A DNA stretch of 62,542 bases, counting the filler, from Alphaproteobacteria bacterium (lineage in GTDB: Bacteria; Pseudomonadota; Alphaproteobacteria; Caedimonadales; UBA9215): assembly GCA_024280495.1 (NCBI GenBank). It is 4 parts of 4 records of this genome, joined end to end, with 100 filler letters (N's around TTAATTAATTAA, not from the genome) between each part and the next. Parts side by side here need not be neighbours in the genome. Positions count along the whole stretch, not along the records: positions 25,146 to 52,872 come from JAJRPZ010000041.1; 3 more parts are not named here. One strand, given 5' to 3'. The notes beneath the pieces were generated by a model that ran no database searches, had not been told where the DNA came from, and was given only the letters and a program-made list of their open reading frames with translations. Of the stretch, positions 38,718 through 48,481 are shown one piece after another. Numbering within the stretch: position 1 is the stretch's first letter; the number at the start of each line of letters is the position of its first letter. A program made the translations under genes and the position numbers.

Positions 38718-39500
38718 TTATAAAATTTTACTTAAAAATTTCTGAGCACGTTTTGTTTTTGGATTGGAAAAAAATATATCAGGTGCCGATTTTTCAATGA
38801 TTTTTCCTTGATCTAGGAACCAAATTTCGTCGGCAATTTCACGGGCAAATTGCATCTCATGGGTAACGATCATCATCGTCATTTTCTCTTCTACCTTGGA
38901 GTCACAGGAAAGATTTTTGATAACATCAAGGACCTCTTTCACCATTTCAGGGTCCAAGGCTGAGGTTGGCTCATCAAACAGCATGATTTTAGGATTCATT
39001 GCAAGGGACCTTGCAATAGCAACCCGTTGTTTTTGACCACCTGAAAGCCTTTCTGGGAAAGCGTTTTCTTTCTCCAACAAACCAACGCGTTCCAATAAAA
39101 GCAATGAAATATTTTTAGCTTCTCCTTTGGATAATCCCAGAACTTTTTCCAGGGAAAAAGAAATATTTTCAAGGACAGTCATATTAGGAAAAAGATGAAA
39201 ATGCTGAAATACCATGCCAATATTGCGGCGTAAAATTCTTAGACCTTTTGCACTCAGATCAGAGCCCATAATATTAACACCGCCGATACGAATAGATCCA
39301 ACCTCTGGTTTTTCCAACAAATTCATACAACGAAGTAATGTCGACTTTCCAGATCCAGAGGGCCCCAAAAGCACCGTAATTTTCCCCTGCTCAATAATGC
39401 CACTAACATCTTTTAAGACAGTATTATTTCCAAAGGATTTTGTAATATTATCAAAATTGATTGCCTGATCCATTACGGAGTCATTTTTTTTATGATCCAT
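38718..39500 (-). CDS. polar amino-acid ABC transporter ATP-binding protein
   Basis: GPSGSGKST, LSGGQKQRVAIAR, FDEPTSALDPEMV. Confidence 0.95.
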   Translation of the reverse strand: MDHKKNDSVMDQAINFDNITKSFGNNTVLKDVSGIIEQGKITVLLGPSGSGKSTLLRCMNLLEKPEVGSIRIGGVNIMGSDLSAKGLRILRRNIGMVFQHFHLFPNMTVLENISFSLEKVLGLSKGEAKNISLLLLERVGLLEKENAFPERLSGGQKQRVAIARSLAMNPKIMLFDEPTSALDPEMVKEVLDVIKNLSCDSKVEEKMTMMIVTHEMQFAREIADEIWFLDQGKIIEKSAPDIFFSNPKTKRAQKFLSKIL

Positions 39501-40152
39501 TAACATTCAACCTTTTTTCAAGAATCGAGGCTGCTTTTGACAACAAAGAGACCAATATATAGTAAATAAACGCTACAACCAATAATGGTTCAAAATACAA
39601 AAATGTCTGAGCAGATACAATATTGGCACGACGCAATAAATCCATCTCTCCGATGACGGAAATAACAGCTGATTCCTTTAAAAGGTTCACTGACTCGTTC
39701 ACCAATGCAGGTAAAATATTTTTAATAGCTTGAGGAATAATGATATACCCCATGGCCTTGGGATAAGAAATAGCGAGGCTTTGGGCAGCTTCAAATTGTC
39801 CTTTATCAACGGACTGTATACCAGCCCTAATAATTTCAGAAACATAAGCAGAAGAGTTAAGAGAAAAGGCAAGTAATCCTGCTTGAAGTGCCGTTATTTG
39901 ATACTCAAACAACTGTGGCGTCGCAAAATAAATTAATGAAAGCTGTACTAAAAGAGGAGTGCCCCGAAAAATTGAGATATAAGTTTTTGCCGTATACCTC
40001 AACAATCGATTGTCAGAGAGGACCATCAAAGATAACAATGTCCCCAAAACAAGTCCAACAGCAAGGGCAACAAAAGTGTACTGTAAGGTGACGAAAACCC
40101 CTTCAAGAATAAAAGGAATATGGTCACCCATACGATCAAAATGTAAGTTCAT
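39490..40152 (-). CDS. polar amino-acid ABC transporter permease
   Basis: FRGTPLLVQL, SAYVSEIIRAGIQSVDKGQFEAA. Confidence 0.95.
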   Translation of the reverse strand: MNLHFDRMGDHIPFILEGVFVTLQYTFVALAVGLVLGTLLSLMVLSDNRLLRYTAKTYISIFRGTPLLVQLSLIYFATPQLFEYQITALQAGLLAFSLNSSAYVSEIIRAGIQSVDKGQFEAAQSLAISYPKAMGYIIIPQAIKNILPALVNESVNLLKESAVISVIGEMDLLRRANIVSAQTFLYFEPLLVVAFIYYILVSLLSKAASILEKRLNVNGS

Positions 40153-40173
40153 TTTTATACCCTGATTGCTGAA

Positions 40174-40941
40174 CTAATTTGAGAACCATTTTTGACGAAT
40201 TTCTTCAAATCGACCAGCAATATGCAGTTTTTCAATGGAAGCGTTTACTTTTTCTTGCCATTTTGAATCCTTAGGAAAAGCAACGGCAAAGGAAACTGTA
40301 CGCTCATCCAAGGGAACCAGTTGTAAGTTTTCATTCATTTTTTGAAAAGATTTCGCGGTTTTTGTTTCCATGACAACAGCATCAACTCGCCCAATTTTAA
40401 GTTCTTGAATAAGTTCTGCTAGTTTATTTAAAGAATGGACGCTGATACTTTTATCCTTTGATGCCAAATCCTTTGCAAATTGTTCATGGGTAGATCCCAG
40501 TTGTACCCCAATTTTTTTTGACGCCAAATCAGCCACACTTTTAATAGAAACGTCGTCCCTAGTGATAACGACCAAGGGTAAAGTTAAATATGGTTTCGAA
40601 AAATCAATGACCTGGCGACGTTCTGGTGTTGGCGTCATGGAAGCAAGAACCATATCAACACGACCCGACTGTAATGCTGGTACCAATGCACTGAAATCCA
40701 TATCTCGCACAGCAAGTTTAATGCCAATTTCTACGGCAATTGCCTTTGCAACATCAATATCATAGCCTACAATATCACTACCCTTATAGAATTCAAAAGG
40801 TGGCATATCAGCAGAAGTACCCATCACAATTTGTATGTTTTGTTCGTCATTATTTGCACTATCATCACAACCAGAGCTCATAAAAACTGCGGCGAAAATA
40901 GCCAGCATCTTAATTGAAACTTTCAACATTTTCTTTTCCAT
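40174..40941 (-). CDS. polar amino-acid ABC transporter substrate-binding lipoprotein
   Basis: SSGC lipobox, GTSADMPPFEF, GYDIDVA, GVQLGST. Confidence 0.92.
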   Translation of the reverse strand: MEKKMLKVSIKMLAIFAAVFMSSGCDDSANNDEQNIQIVMGTSADMPPFEFYKGSDIVGYDIDVAKAIAVEIGIKLAVRDMDFSALVPALQSGRVDMVLASMTPTPERRQVIDFSKPYLTLPLVVITRDDVSIKSVADLASKKIGVQLGSTHEQFAKDLASKDKSISVHSLNKLAELIQELKIGRVDAVVMETKTAKSFQKMNENLQLVPLDERTVSFAVAFPKDSKWQEKVNASIEKLHIAGRFEEIRQKWFSN

Positions 40942-41057
40942 ATTTAAAGGTCATACTATTTTTAACACTAACATAAATGGCATATATCCCCACAATGTTT
41001 TTCATTTGCAATAAACTAAACACGTATCTCTTTCTAAAAACCATGGAGACTTTAGAT

Positions 41058-41888
41058 GTGGATTATTTAGAAATTAAAACAAAAAATCATCCAGATTCTT
41101 CTTTTAATATAAAAAGTCCGATTTTCAAGAACCAAATTCCAACACATCTTTGGATATCATCGGGCACGTCTCCCTCCCAAACTTTCCTATGGATATTGAT
41201 GGTGCTTATGGATATAAAAGCGCAGAATAACTGGTGTATTGAAACCCTAATTATACCTTATTTCCCTTTTTCAAGGGAGAAAAAATCAGCTACTGCACTT
41301 TGTAGCTTACTCAAAAAAAGTGGCCTTAAAACCATTGTGACATTGGATTATCATGCACCAGAAACACTTGAAAAAGCACCCTTGGATATCATAAATTTAT
41401 TGCCAACAAAAATTATATCCCAATGCATAAAGTCTCATTTCCCCATTGAAAACACCTTGCTACTTGCACCTGATCAAGGAAGCCATCACCGCTGTTCTCT
41501 TATTTCAAAAGAAACTGGAATCCCTTTTGTAACACTGGAAAAAAGAAGGGACTCAGTAACTAACCTTCCTCTTTTGCTTTCCACACCAGCGCAGCTAAGC
41601 TCCCTAAAAGGGAAAAAAATTCTTATTATTGATGATATTTTAGATTCAGGAGCCACATTAAATGAAACCGTTAAACTGGTTGAAAATGCTGGAGCTCAAG
41701 ATTGTCATGCCTTAATAACCCATGGTGTTTGTTCTCAACCTTATAAAAAACCACCTTTCCTCAAGACAATCCACATTGGAAATACTCTGAATAACCATAT
41801 AAAAAAGGAAGCCTTTATGGCTTCCCTTGATTTTTCAGCTGAATTTACCAGGTATTTTCAAAATTCTTATTTGGAAAAAAGGTCTTGA
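41058..41888 (+). CDS. divergent ribose-phosphate pyrophosphokinase-like protein
   Basis: IPYFPFSR, TLDYHA, APDQG, EKRR, IIDDILDSGATL, ITHGV; start uncertain (40977-41058). Confidence 0.7.
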   Translation: MDYLEIKTKNHPDSSFNIKSPIFKNQIPTHLWISSGTSPSQTFLWILMVLMDIKAQNNWCIETLIIPYFPFSREKKSATALCSLLKKSGLKTIVTLDYHAPETLEKAPLDIINLLPTKIISQCIKSHFPIENTLLLAPDQGSHHRCSLISKETGIPFVTLEKRRDSVTNLPLLLSTPAQLSSLKGKKILIIDDILDSGATLNETVKLVENAGAQDCHALITHGVCSQPYKKPPFLKTIHIGNTLNNHIKKEAFMASLDFSAEFTRYFQNSYLEKRS

Positions 41889-42175
41889 AGCTCATTTTCC
41901 TGCATCATTTCTTTAATAATATCAGCACCTCCAATAAATTCTCCCTTCACATAAAGCTGAGGAATTGTCGGCCAATTGGAAAAATCTTTAATGCCCTGGC
42001 GCATATCGGGATTTTCCAAAACATTAATGTCGGTGAAATCAACATTGAGGTTTTGTAAAACCTGAACCACGAATCCCGAAAAACCACATTGAGGAAAAGT
42101 TGAACTCCCTTTCATAAAAAGAACAACTTTATTATCAGTCACAATTTTTTTAATCTCATCTTGAATATCTGTCAT
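41867..42175 (-). CDS. grxD: monothiol glutaredoxin
   Basis: VVLFMKG, PQCGFS, WPTIPQLYVKGEFIGGADI. Confidence 0.96.
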   Translation of the reverse strand: MTDIQDEIKKIVTDNKVVLFMKGSSTFPQCGFSGFVVQVLQNLNVDFTDINVLENPDMRQGIKDFSNWPTIPQLYVKGEFIGGADIIKEMMQENELQDLFSK

Positions 42176-42176
42176 A

Positions 42177-42455
42177 TTAATCCCCTTTATTATTTTTATT
42201 TGTTTCTAAAATTTGTTGGTGTTCTTTTGGAGTTCTGGTCCTTATGGATAACGCGTGAAGCTCATTTCCCATAATAGGACCAAGTGCTGCATAAATTTTT
42301 TGGTGCCGTTGCACACGATTCAACCCTTCAAATATTTCAGACACAAGGGTCAATCCATAATGATCTGCATCCCCCAGCATGTCATCCAATTGTATATCAC
42401 TATGGGGAAATTCTGATAGAATCAGCATTTTTAACTTTTCTGGGGTAATGGCCAT
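42177..42455 (-). CDS. bolA: BolA-family protein
   Basis: GDADHY, FEGLNRVQRHQKIY, LHALSI; adjacent to grxD. Confidence 0.93.
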   Translation of the reverse strand: MAITPEKLKMLILSEFPHSDIQLDDMLGDADHYGLTLVSEIFEGLNRVQRHQKIYAALGPIMGNELHALSIRTRTPKEHQQILETNKNNKGD

Positions 42456-42585
42456 TTAAAAAATCTCACCTTAACTTTTCATTCACTCTTTTGTTGCCAT
42501 ATTTTACTATAAAAAGAAAATAAAAAATACTTTTGTTACCCTGGGAGATGAGTCAAGATAAAATTAAAAATAGGGAGAACAGCAG

Positions 42586-42918
42586 ATGCGTTCAGGAATC
42601 GCAGATCGTGAAAACGCCATCGAAAAAAAATTTCAGCATGACAGTGAACGCGCTTTTAAAATTATTGCCAAGCGCAATCGCCTTTTTGGGTTCTGGGCAG
42701 GTACTGAAATCGGCCTCGAGGGCACTGATCTTGAAAGTTTTTCTACACGCCTTGTTCTTTACGCTGTTAAAGCCCCAAAAGATAAAGAAATCATAGAGTC
42801 CGTTTACAATAGTTTTTGCGCACACAACGTAGCCTTTTCAAAGCATCAAATATCAAAACAACTTTCTTATTTTCATGGGGATGCGCAACGAGAGTTTGAA
42901 ATATCCATTGCATCTTAA
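42586..42918 (+). CDS. DUF1476 / F1Fo-ATPase inhibitor zeta subunit
   Basis: DRENAIEKKFQHDSE..FK..AKRNRLFG.WA matches the zeta N-terminus. Confidence 0.8.
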   Translation: MRSGIADRENAIEKKFQHDSERAFKIIAKRNRLFGFWAGTEIGLEGTDLESFSTRLVLYAVKAPKDKEIIESVYNSFCAHNVAFSKHQISKQLSYFHGDAQREFEISIAS

Positions 42919-43064
42919 AACAGTTGACTCGTTTTTTTAGATCACTGTAAAATATTTTTTCCTTTTTCCTTTGCTTAGTGATGAGGCTCGACCTATTCCC
43001 ATGGATATATTTCATAAAACAGGGTATTATAAGAAAATATACTTACAAAATAAAGGTATTATTC

Positions 43065-43370
43065 ATGAATGCACGTATCTATAAACCCAGCCGTCACACC
43101 ATGCAAGTTGGTCGTGCAAAAATGAAAAACTGGATATTGGATTATTGCCCTGACGGGTCACCAGAACATAAACGTCACATTGATCCTTTAATGTCTTGGA
43201 CGTCAACGACGCAAACTCATACACAAATACGCCTCAAATTTTCAACACAAAAAGAAGCTATTTCTTATGCAGAAAACAACGGCATCCCCTATACACTTAT
43301 TCCTGAACAACCACTCAATCAAACTATAAAAGCTTATGCTAATAATTTTTCCCATGATCGATTAACTTGA
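43065..43370 (+). CDS. ETC complex I accessory subunit (NDUFS4-like)
   Basis: ARIYKP...MQ.G, DPLM.WT, L.F.T.KEAISYAE..GIPY, K.YA.NF. Confidence 0.88.
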   Translation: MNARIYKPSRHTMQVGRAKMKNWILDYCPDGSPEHKRHIDPLMSWTSTTQTHTQIRLKFSTQKEAISYAENNGIPYTLIPEQPLNQTIKAYANNFSHDRLT

Positions 43371-43491
43371 TCCTGTTTAACCTTAAATTGCCTTAACGAA
43401 CTGCTTCTTAAATTGATTTAAAAAACAAAAAACCGCAGATGAACCCTCTCATATTTACGATTCATTAAACCTTTTTTGAAACAATATAAGT

Positions 43492-43596
43492 TATAGCTAA
43501 TTATTTTTACGTTTACACTTTCTTGCTGCGCTCCTTGGCTATAAATATAGCCGCCGTCCCTTGTGCCTCGTGTAAACAAAAAACTAACCAACTATA
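43492..43596 (+). repeat. palindromic element family A, most intact copy (105 bp)
   Basis: TATAGCTAATTA...TAACCAACTATA ends, GTTTACAC/GTGTAAAC inner arms, central GGCTATA-AA-TATAGCC hairpin. Confidence 0.85.
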
Positions 43597-43617
43597 GGGA
43601 AATGGGCTTTAAAAAAG

Positions 43618-45135
43618 ATGGCTGCGATTAAAAAAAATAAAAAAATAAAAAATACTAAAAAATGGGCTCAAAAACAACTGGACGCCCAAGTTAATCTCTT
43701 ACAGAAAAAAATGGCTGGAAATGAGTTTTTTCAGCTAGGGTTTATGGCTTTTCTTTTAATTCTAGGTCTTTTCCTTCTTTATGTACTATCTTTATTTTTG
43801 ACTGCCGATGAAAAAGGTATTGATTATGCGATCGCGCAAATAATTCATACGTTTATTACTATTTTTACGGCCTGGATTTCCATGCGTTTTTTTCGCATTG
43901 TCGCCGTGCAGTATTACAGCACAAAAACAAATAAATCTGTGCCACGCTATATAGTTACTTTTTTTAATTGGATAATGATCACTGGTACCATTATTTACAT
44001 AACTGTTTCCATCTTAGGGCAATCAGCTTGGAGCTTGGTCACTGCTGGTGGTATCATAGGAGCAGGACTTGCTTTTTCTTTGCAAGGTATTGTTTTAGAT
44101 ATGGTTTCAGGATTGATTCTGGATGTAGAGCGGACTTACCTTAAAGGAGATTCAATTCGCCTTGATGATGGAACCAGTGGAAAAGTAATGAAAACAACAT
44201 GGCGTCATGTTGAAATTTTAACAAATAGTCAAAGTTTAATTATTATCCCTAATCGTATGCTCACGTCTGGTAAGTTTGAGAATTTATCCTCATGTAATCA
44301 AATCCATGCTGAATTGATTGAGATTTCCATTAAGCACACCAACCAAGTTGAGCGCGCCGAACGTATTATGATGGGTGCCCTATTAAGCATTAAGGAAGTC
44401 GTAAATACGGGGGATTATGGTGTTTTTGCTAAAAAAATTAGTGAGGGTGGTGTTGTATTTCAAGTTCGTTTTGGCCTTAAGGGTTATGAAAACATCCCCC
44501 TTATCCGTCATAAAGTGATTAAAGCCATTATTTCTCACATGCATCGATCTGGTGTTTCTACCTCTAAAACCCTTGGTGAATATACTTTTTCTAAGTCTCA
44601 ACCTTTTGAATATGAGGAAGATCAACCCCTTGAGAAAATTTTAAAAAAAATTCTTTTGTTTAAAAATTTAACTGATAATGAACATATAAAACTAGCGAAA
44701 TGTGCTAAAAAAATTACCCTTAATACGGGAGAAGATCTTATTGTTGAAGGGGATCATGATAACTCTTTAATGGTTGTTGCCGAAGGTGCTCTCGACATTA
44801 TAGTGTCCATAAAAAAAGGAAAAACTATTGGTAGTCAAATAGTTAAATCCATTGTATCACCAAGTATGGTTGGGGATAAGGCCTTATTACTAGGTGAGAA
44901 AAGATCTGCAACGGTGAGAGCAAAAACGCCTATTCTTGCTTATGAAATCACCAAAGAAGATTTCGCCCCTATTTTAAATGAAAGGCCCGAACTTGTTGAA
45001 AAACTTTCCGAAATAATGATTGCTCATGATTTGGAAAATTCTCAAAATTTAAAATCATTAGGAACCAAAAAAAAGAAAAAAGAAACACTCAAAGCTGACC
45101 TAATAAAGGGTATTAAAAAATTCTTTTCTCTTTAG
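43618..45135 (+). CDS. MscS mechanosensitive channel fused to a cyclic-nucleotide-binding domain
   Basis: GIIGAGLAFSLQG..LDMVSGL, GD.IRL, IIPN; C-terminal GDKALLLGEKRSATVRA. Confidence 0.9.
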   Translation: MAAIKKNKKIKNTKKWAQKQLDAQVNLLQKKMAGNEFFQLGFMAFLLILGLFLLYVLSLFLTADEKGIDYAIAQIIHTFITIFTAWISMRFFRIVAVQYYSTKTNKSVPRYIVTFFNWIMITGTIIYITVSILGQSAWSLVTAGGIIGAGLAFSLQGIVLDMVSGLILDVERTYLKGDSIRLDDGTSGKVMKTTWRHVEILTNSQSLIIIPNRMLTSGKFENLSSCNQIHAELIEISIKHTNQVERAERIMMGALLSIKEVVNTGDYGVFAKKISEGGVVFQVRFGLKGYENIPLIRHKVIKAIISHMHRSGVSTSKTLGEYTFSKSQPFEYEEDQPLEKILKKILLFKNLTDNEHIKLAKCAKKITLNTGEDLIVEGDHDNSLMVVAEGALDIIVSIKKGKTIGSQIVKSIVSPSMVGDKALLLGEKRSATVRAKTPILAYEITKEDFAPILNERPELVEKLSEIMIAHDLENSQNLKSLGTKKKKKETLKADLIKGIKKFFSL

Positions 45136-45160
45136 GTAAACTAATACTCTTTCCTAATGC

Positions 45161-45203
45161 TCCCTAACGTCGTCAATCACTCTCGCACCCTATAATCGTT
45201 GGT
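45161..45203 (+). repeat. family B internal fragment
   Basis: ACGTCGTCAATCACTCTCGCACCCTATAATCGTTGGT resembles 7405-7448. Confidence 0.55.
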
Positions 45204-45703
45204 TATTTAATCAGTGGCGTTTTTTCTTTTGACGCTTCTTTTTCAGCTTTTTCTTCATTGCGCTCTTTGAGCCATTCTATGGCAAAAGCTTTGTGCTCAT
45301 CAGTCATCTTTTCAATTTCTTTTCCCTTTAAGTTGTACCTATGAGTGGCAGCAAGAACTGCATTCATATAGGAAAAAGAAAAAACATAATGACGCAGTGC
45401 TTTTTTGAGCATTTTTTTTGTAACTTCTGGTTTATCGCCAAGAAGGTTGAAAATATCTTTTTCAATACCACATTTAAGGGGTTTACTACGCTCCTTAAAG
45501 AAAAGATCTGGGTATGTTTTATAAAGCCATTTCACCGTGCGGCCAAGTTCGCTGATAGGTGGCTTATGCTTATTAAATCGATTAGAACCAGGTCTTGAAA
45601 AAGGTTTACGGATAGGCGTTAATTTCGGTTTTTTCATTTCTTCAAGTTGTGCGATCTTCTCACTGCTTAAGGCAACCTTAAGGGTGATTTTTTTCCGCTC
45701 CAT
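45203..45703 (-). CDS. ProQ/FinO-domain RNA chaperone
   Basis: YPDLF..KPLKCGI.KDI, L..ALRHYV....Y......RYNLKG......T.EHK.FA. Confidence 0.85.
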   Translation of the reverse strand: MERKKITLKVALSSEKIAQLEEMKKPKLTPIRKPFSRPGSNRFNKHKPPISELGRTVKWLYKTYPDLFFKERSKPLKCGIEKDIFNLLGDKPEVTKKMLKKALRHYVFSFSYMNAVLAATHRYNLKGKEIEKMTDEHKAFAIEWLKERNEEKAEKEASKEKTPLIK

Positions 45704-45990
45704 CGTATCGCCTTTTTAATAGGATTAAATTAAGTTAGTTACGTTTTTTTGTCATACTTTTTATGAAAAGTCCAGTTTTTTTGCTATCTTCTTTGCCACC
45801 CGACATACTGCTGAAAAGGTCTTTTTCAAAGGGCTCCATATAGATATGTATTTTCCACATAGTCATATTGCGTTAACTGCAATGGACTCTCTTGAAGAAG
45901 CACGTTATGGTAAAACAATCAGTTTTTAAAATTGGTTTGCAGATTTTATTTCTCTGTTACACACATTATGATATGTAAAACCTGTTATGT

Positions 45991-46025
45991 AAAAGCGAGT
46001 TTTGGAGAAATCTAACTCGTTTTTT
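45991..46025 (+). terminator. intrinsic-terminator-like hairpin between proQ and kps genes
   Basis: AAAAGCGAGTT...AACTCGT-TTTTT, potentially bidirectional. Confidence 0.5.
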
Positions 46026-46077
46026 GCATTTCTGATGTATCATTGCTCAATGAATTATTAGAAAATTAAAAAAATAT

Positions 46078-47193
46078 ATGAAAATAGAACATGCCTCTTT
46101 CCCCACCTTTCTTTATGTGATGAATTTCTCTCCATGGCGTCGCTGCATTTTGAAGCGGTTTTTAAAAGGAGTTGAAACTCATTTCACAAAAGACCCTTCG
46201 AAAGTTCCACATGGATCCACTGTTTTGGTTTGGGGACATAAAACGCCAAAAAAATTGACCTCATGTAATATTATTCATGTGGAAGACGGTTTTTTACGAT
46301 CCGTTGGGTTGGGTGCGCATTTTGCCCCCCCCCTCTCATGGGTTTTTGACCATCGTGGGATTTATTATGATCCTTCTACACCCTCTGACCTAGAATTTTT
46401 GTTGTTAAATACTCCTTTATCAATGGAAATTCTCGAACGTGCTGCCATATTGCGACAAAATATTATTGATCTGAAACTTAGTAAATATAACATGACAGGC
46501 AAACTTTGGCAGCGCCCGTCGAATTCAAAAAATAAGACTATTATTCTTGTGCCAGGACAGGTGGAATCCGATGCTTCCATTACCTGTGGTGCCGTTGATA
46601 TAAAAACCAATTTAGACCTTCTTCGGGCCGTTCGATCTCAAAACCCAAAAGCCTATATTATTTATAAACCCCATCCTGATGTGGTTGCGGGTGTGCGATC
46701 AAAGGGAAAAAATGAAAATTTAGCCGTAGACTATTGTGATGAAGTTATTCTGAATATTGATAGTATATCGATGATAGAGCAAGTGGATGAAATTCATACC
46801 ATAACCTCTCTTATGGGTTTTGAAGCCTTATTGCGCCATAAAAAAGTCACATGTTATGGTCAACCTTTTTATGCAGGATGGGGCTTAACACATGATGTTG
46901 TTGCTATTAAAAGACGGGAAAAAGGTAGATCCAAGCCCTTGAGCCTAGATCATCTAGTCGCGGGCGCATTAATATTGTATCCTTCATATGTACGCCCTCA
47001 TATGGATTTTGAGGATTGTTCAAATACTGATGCGTGCACAACTCCTGAAATTGTGTTAGATATTCTAGCGAAACAAAGAGAAAATTTACTTGGTAAAAAA
47101 GAAAATGTACGTAAAATACGGCATATTATCCTGAAATATGTTTTACAAATAATGAGGTTTTTCGGCCTTAAAAAGGAACAAAAACGTGACTGA
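46078..47193 (+). CDS. kpsC: KpsC/LipA-family beta-Kdo transferase, single-domain form
   Basis: VEDGFLRSVGLG, SKYN, PGQVESDASI, YKPHPDV, YGQPFYAGWGLT. Confidence 0.85.
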   Translation: MKIEHASFPTFLYVMNFSPWRRCILKRFLKGVETHFTKDPSKVPHGSTVLVWGHKTPKKLTSCNIIHVEDGFLRSVGLGAHFAPPLSWVFDHRGIYYDPSTPSDLEFLLLNTPLSMEILERAAILRQNIIDLKLSKYNMTGKLWQRPSNSKNKTIILVPGQVESDASITCGAVDIKTNLDLLRAVRSQNPKAYIIYKPHPDVVAGVRSKGKNENLAVDYCDEVILNIDSISMIEQVDEIHTITSLMGFEALLRHKKVTCYGQPFYAGWGLTHDVVAIKRREKGRSKPLSLDHLVAGALILYPSYVRPHMDFEDCSNTDACTTPEIVLDILAKQRENLLGKKENVRKIRHIILKYVLQIMRFFGLKKEQKRD

Positions 47194-48466
47194 AGAAAAA
47201 AGTAAAAAAAAACCAAAATCTTTACTTAATAAGGCAGTAAAACTATGGAACAAAGGAGGAGGCTTATTCCGAAGGCGATTTGGATATTTCGTTAAAAAAG
47301 CTTTGGCTGAAAAAGATTTATTCTCAGCATTGCGCCCTCAAAAACAACGCCGTTGGATTTTGAAATACTCCTTCATTTTAAGTGTGCTGCTACCATCCTT
47401 CTTTGGTGTTTTTTATTATACTTTTCTAGCTTCTGATCGTTATGTTTCTGGCTCAGGATTTGCCGTGCGTACCATGGGGCAGAGTGCTCAAATTGATGCA
47501 TTGGGAGCCTTAACAGGACTTGCAGGTGGCGGGTCGACAACTTCTGATGCACATATTATTTTGAAATATCTAAAAAGTCATGATGTGCTTCAAAAATTAG
47601 AAAAAGATTTTGATTTTCGAGGTAAATACGCCCATAAATCCGTTGATTTCCTTTCTCGATTAGATCAAAGAGCATCCATTGAAGAACTCGTTGATTATTG
47701 GCCTGATTTCATTGAAATTAATTTTGATAATACGTCAAGCCTTATCACTATAGAAGTTCAAGCTTTTAAAGCAAAAGATGCCCATAAATTAGCAACACTT
47801 TTACTTTCCTATTCCGAAGATCTTATTAATAAAATTTCTAAAAAAGCTCAGGAAGATACTGTTGTTTTTGTAAAAAATGAAGTCAACCGCGCAGAAAAAC
47901 GTTTAAAAGCAGCCCTTGAAAAATTACGGCTTTTTCGAGAAAAAGAGAATTTCATTGATCCTGGAAAAACCGCCGAGCAACAAGTTATTATTTTAGGTGG
48001 CCTTGAAAAAGAACTGCTTTCCCTCAAAGCTCGTATGTCGGCACTTTCTGGATCCATTGATGATGATTCTCCTAATATGCGATCCTTACGGCGTCAGGCC
48101 GATGCTTTGGAAAAACAAATCCTTGAAAAAAGTGTTACCCTTGGCTCTCGTTCTGGATATCAAAATAAAGGCGTGAAAAATAAAAAAACTCCTTTATCAA
48201 CACTGTTAGCAATTTATGAAACATTAGAAGCAGAGCATTTATTTGCACAAAAAACATATTTTTCTGCCATGGCCTCCCTTGAGGGGGCTCGTGTTGAAGC
48301 GGGACAACAGCAACGCTATTTGGCAGTTTATACACAACCAATTCTGCCAGAAGACCCCTTATACCCAAGGCGTTTATTATCCATATTTCTATTGTTTTCT
48401 ATTCTCGTGGGTGTTTGGATTATCGGCGTCTTAATTTCCTATTCTGTGCGCGATCATTTATCCTAA
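47186..48466 (+). CDS. kpsE: capsule export inner-membrane protein KpsE/RkpR
   Basis: YYTFLASDRYVS.S.F.VR, coiled coil, QQQRYL...P.LPE...YPRR and C-terminal TM. Confidence 0.9.
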   Translation: MTEEKSKKKPKSLLNKAVKLWNKGGGLFRRRFGYFVKKALAEKDLFSALRPQKQRRWILKYSFILSVLLPSFFGVFYYTFLASDRYVSGSGFAVRTMGQSAQIDALGALTGLAGGGSTTSDAHIILKYLKSHDVLQKLEKDFDFRGKYAHKSVDFLSRLDQRASIEELVDYWPDFIEINFDNTSSLITIEVQAFKAKDAHKLATLLLSYSEDLINKISKKAQEDTVVFVKNEVNRAEKRLKAALEKLRLFREKENFIDPGKTAEQQVIILGGLEKELLSLKARMSALSGSIDDDSPNMRSLRRQADALEKQILEKSVTLGSRSGYQNKGVKNKKTPLSTLLAIYETLEAEHLFAQKTYFSAMASLEGARVEAGQQQRYLAVYTQPILPEDPLYPRRLLSIFLLFSILVGVWIIGVLISYSVRDHLS

Positions 48467-48481
48467 GGGAGACTCATTATA

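Noticed and set aside
42533..42796. 87-aa ORF overlapping DUF1476
   Set aside because: The frame at 42586 carries the recognisable zeta motif and a GGGAG RBS.
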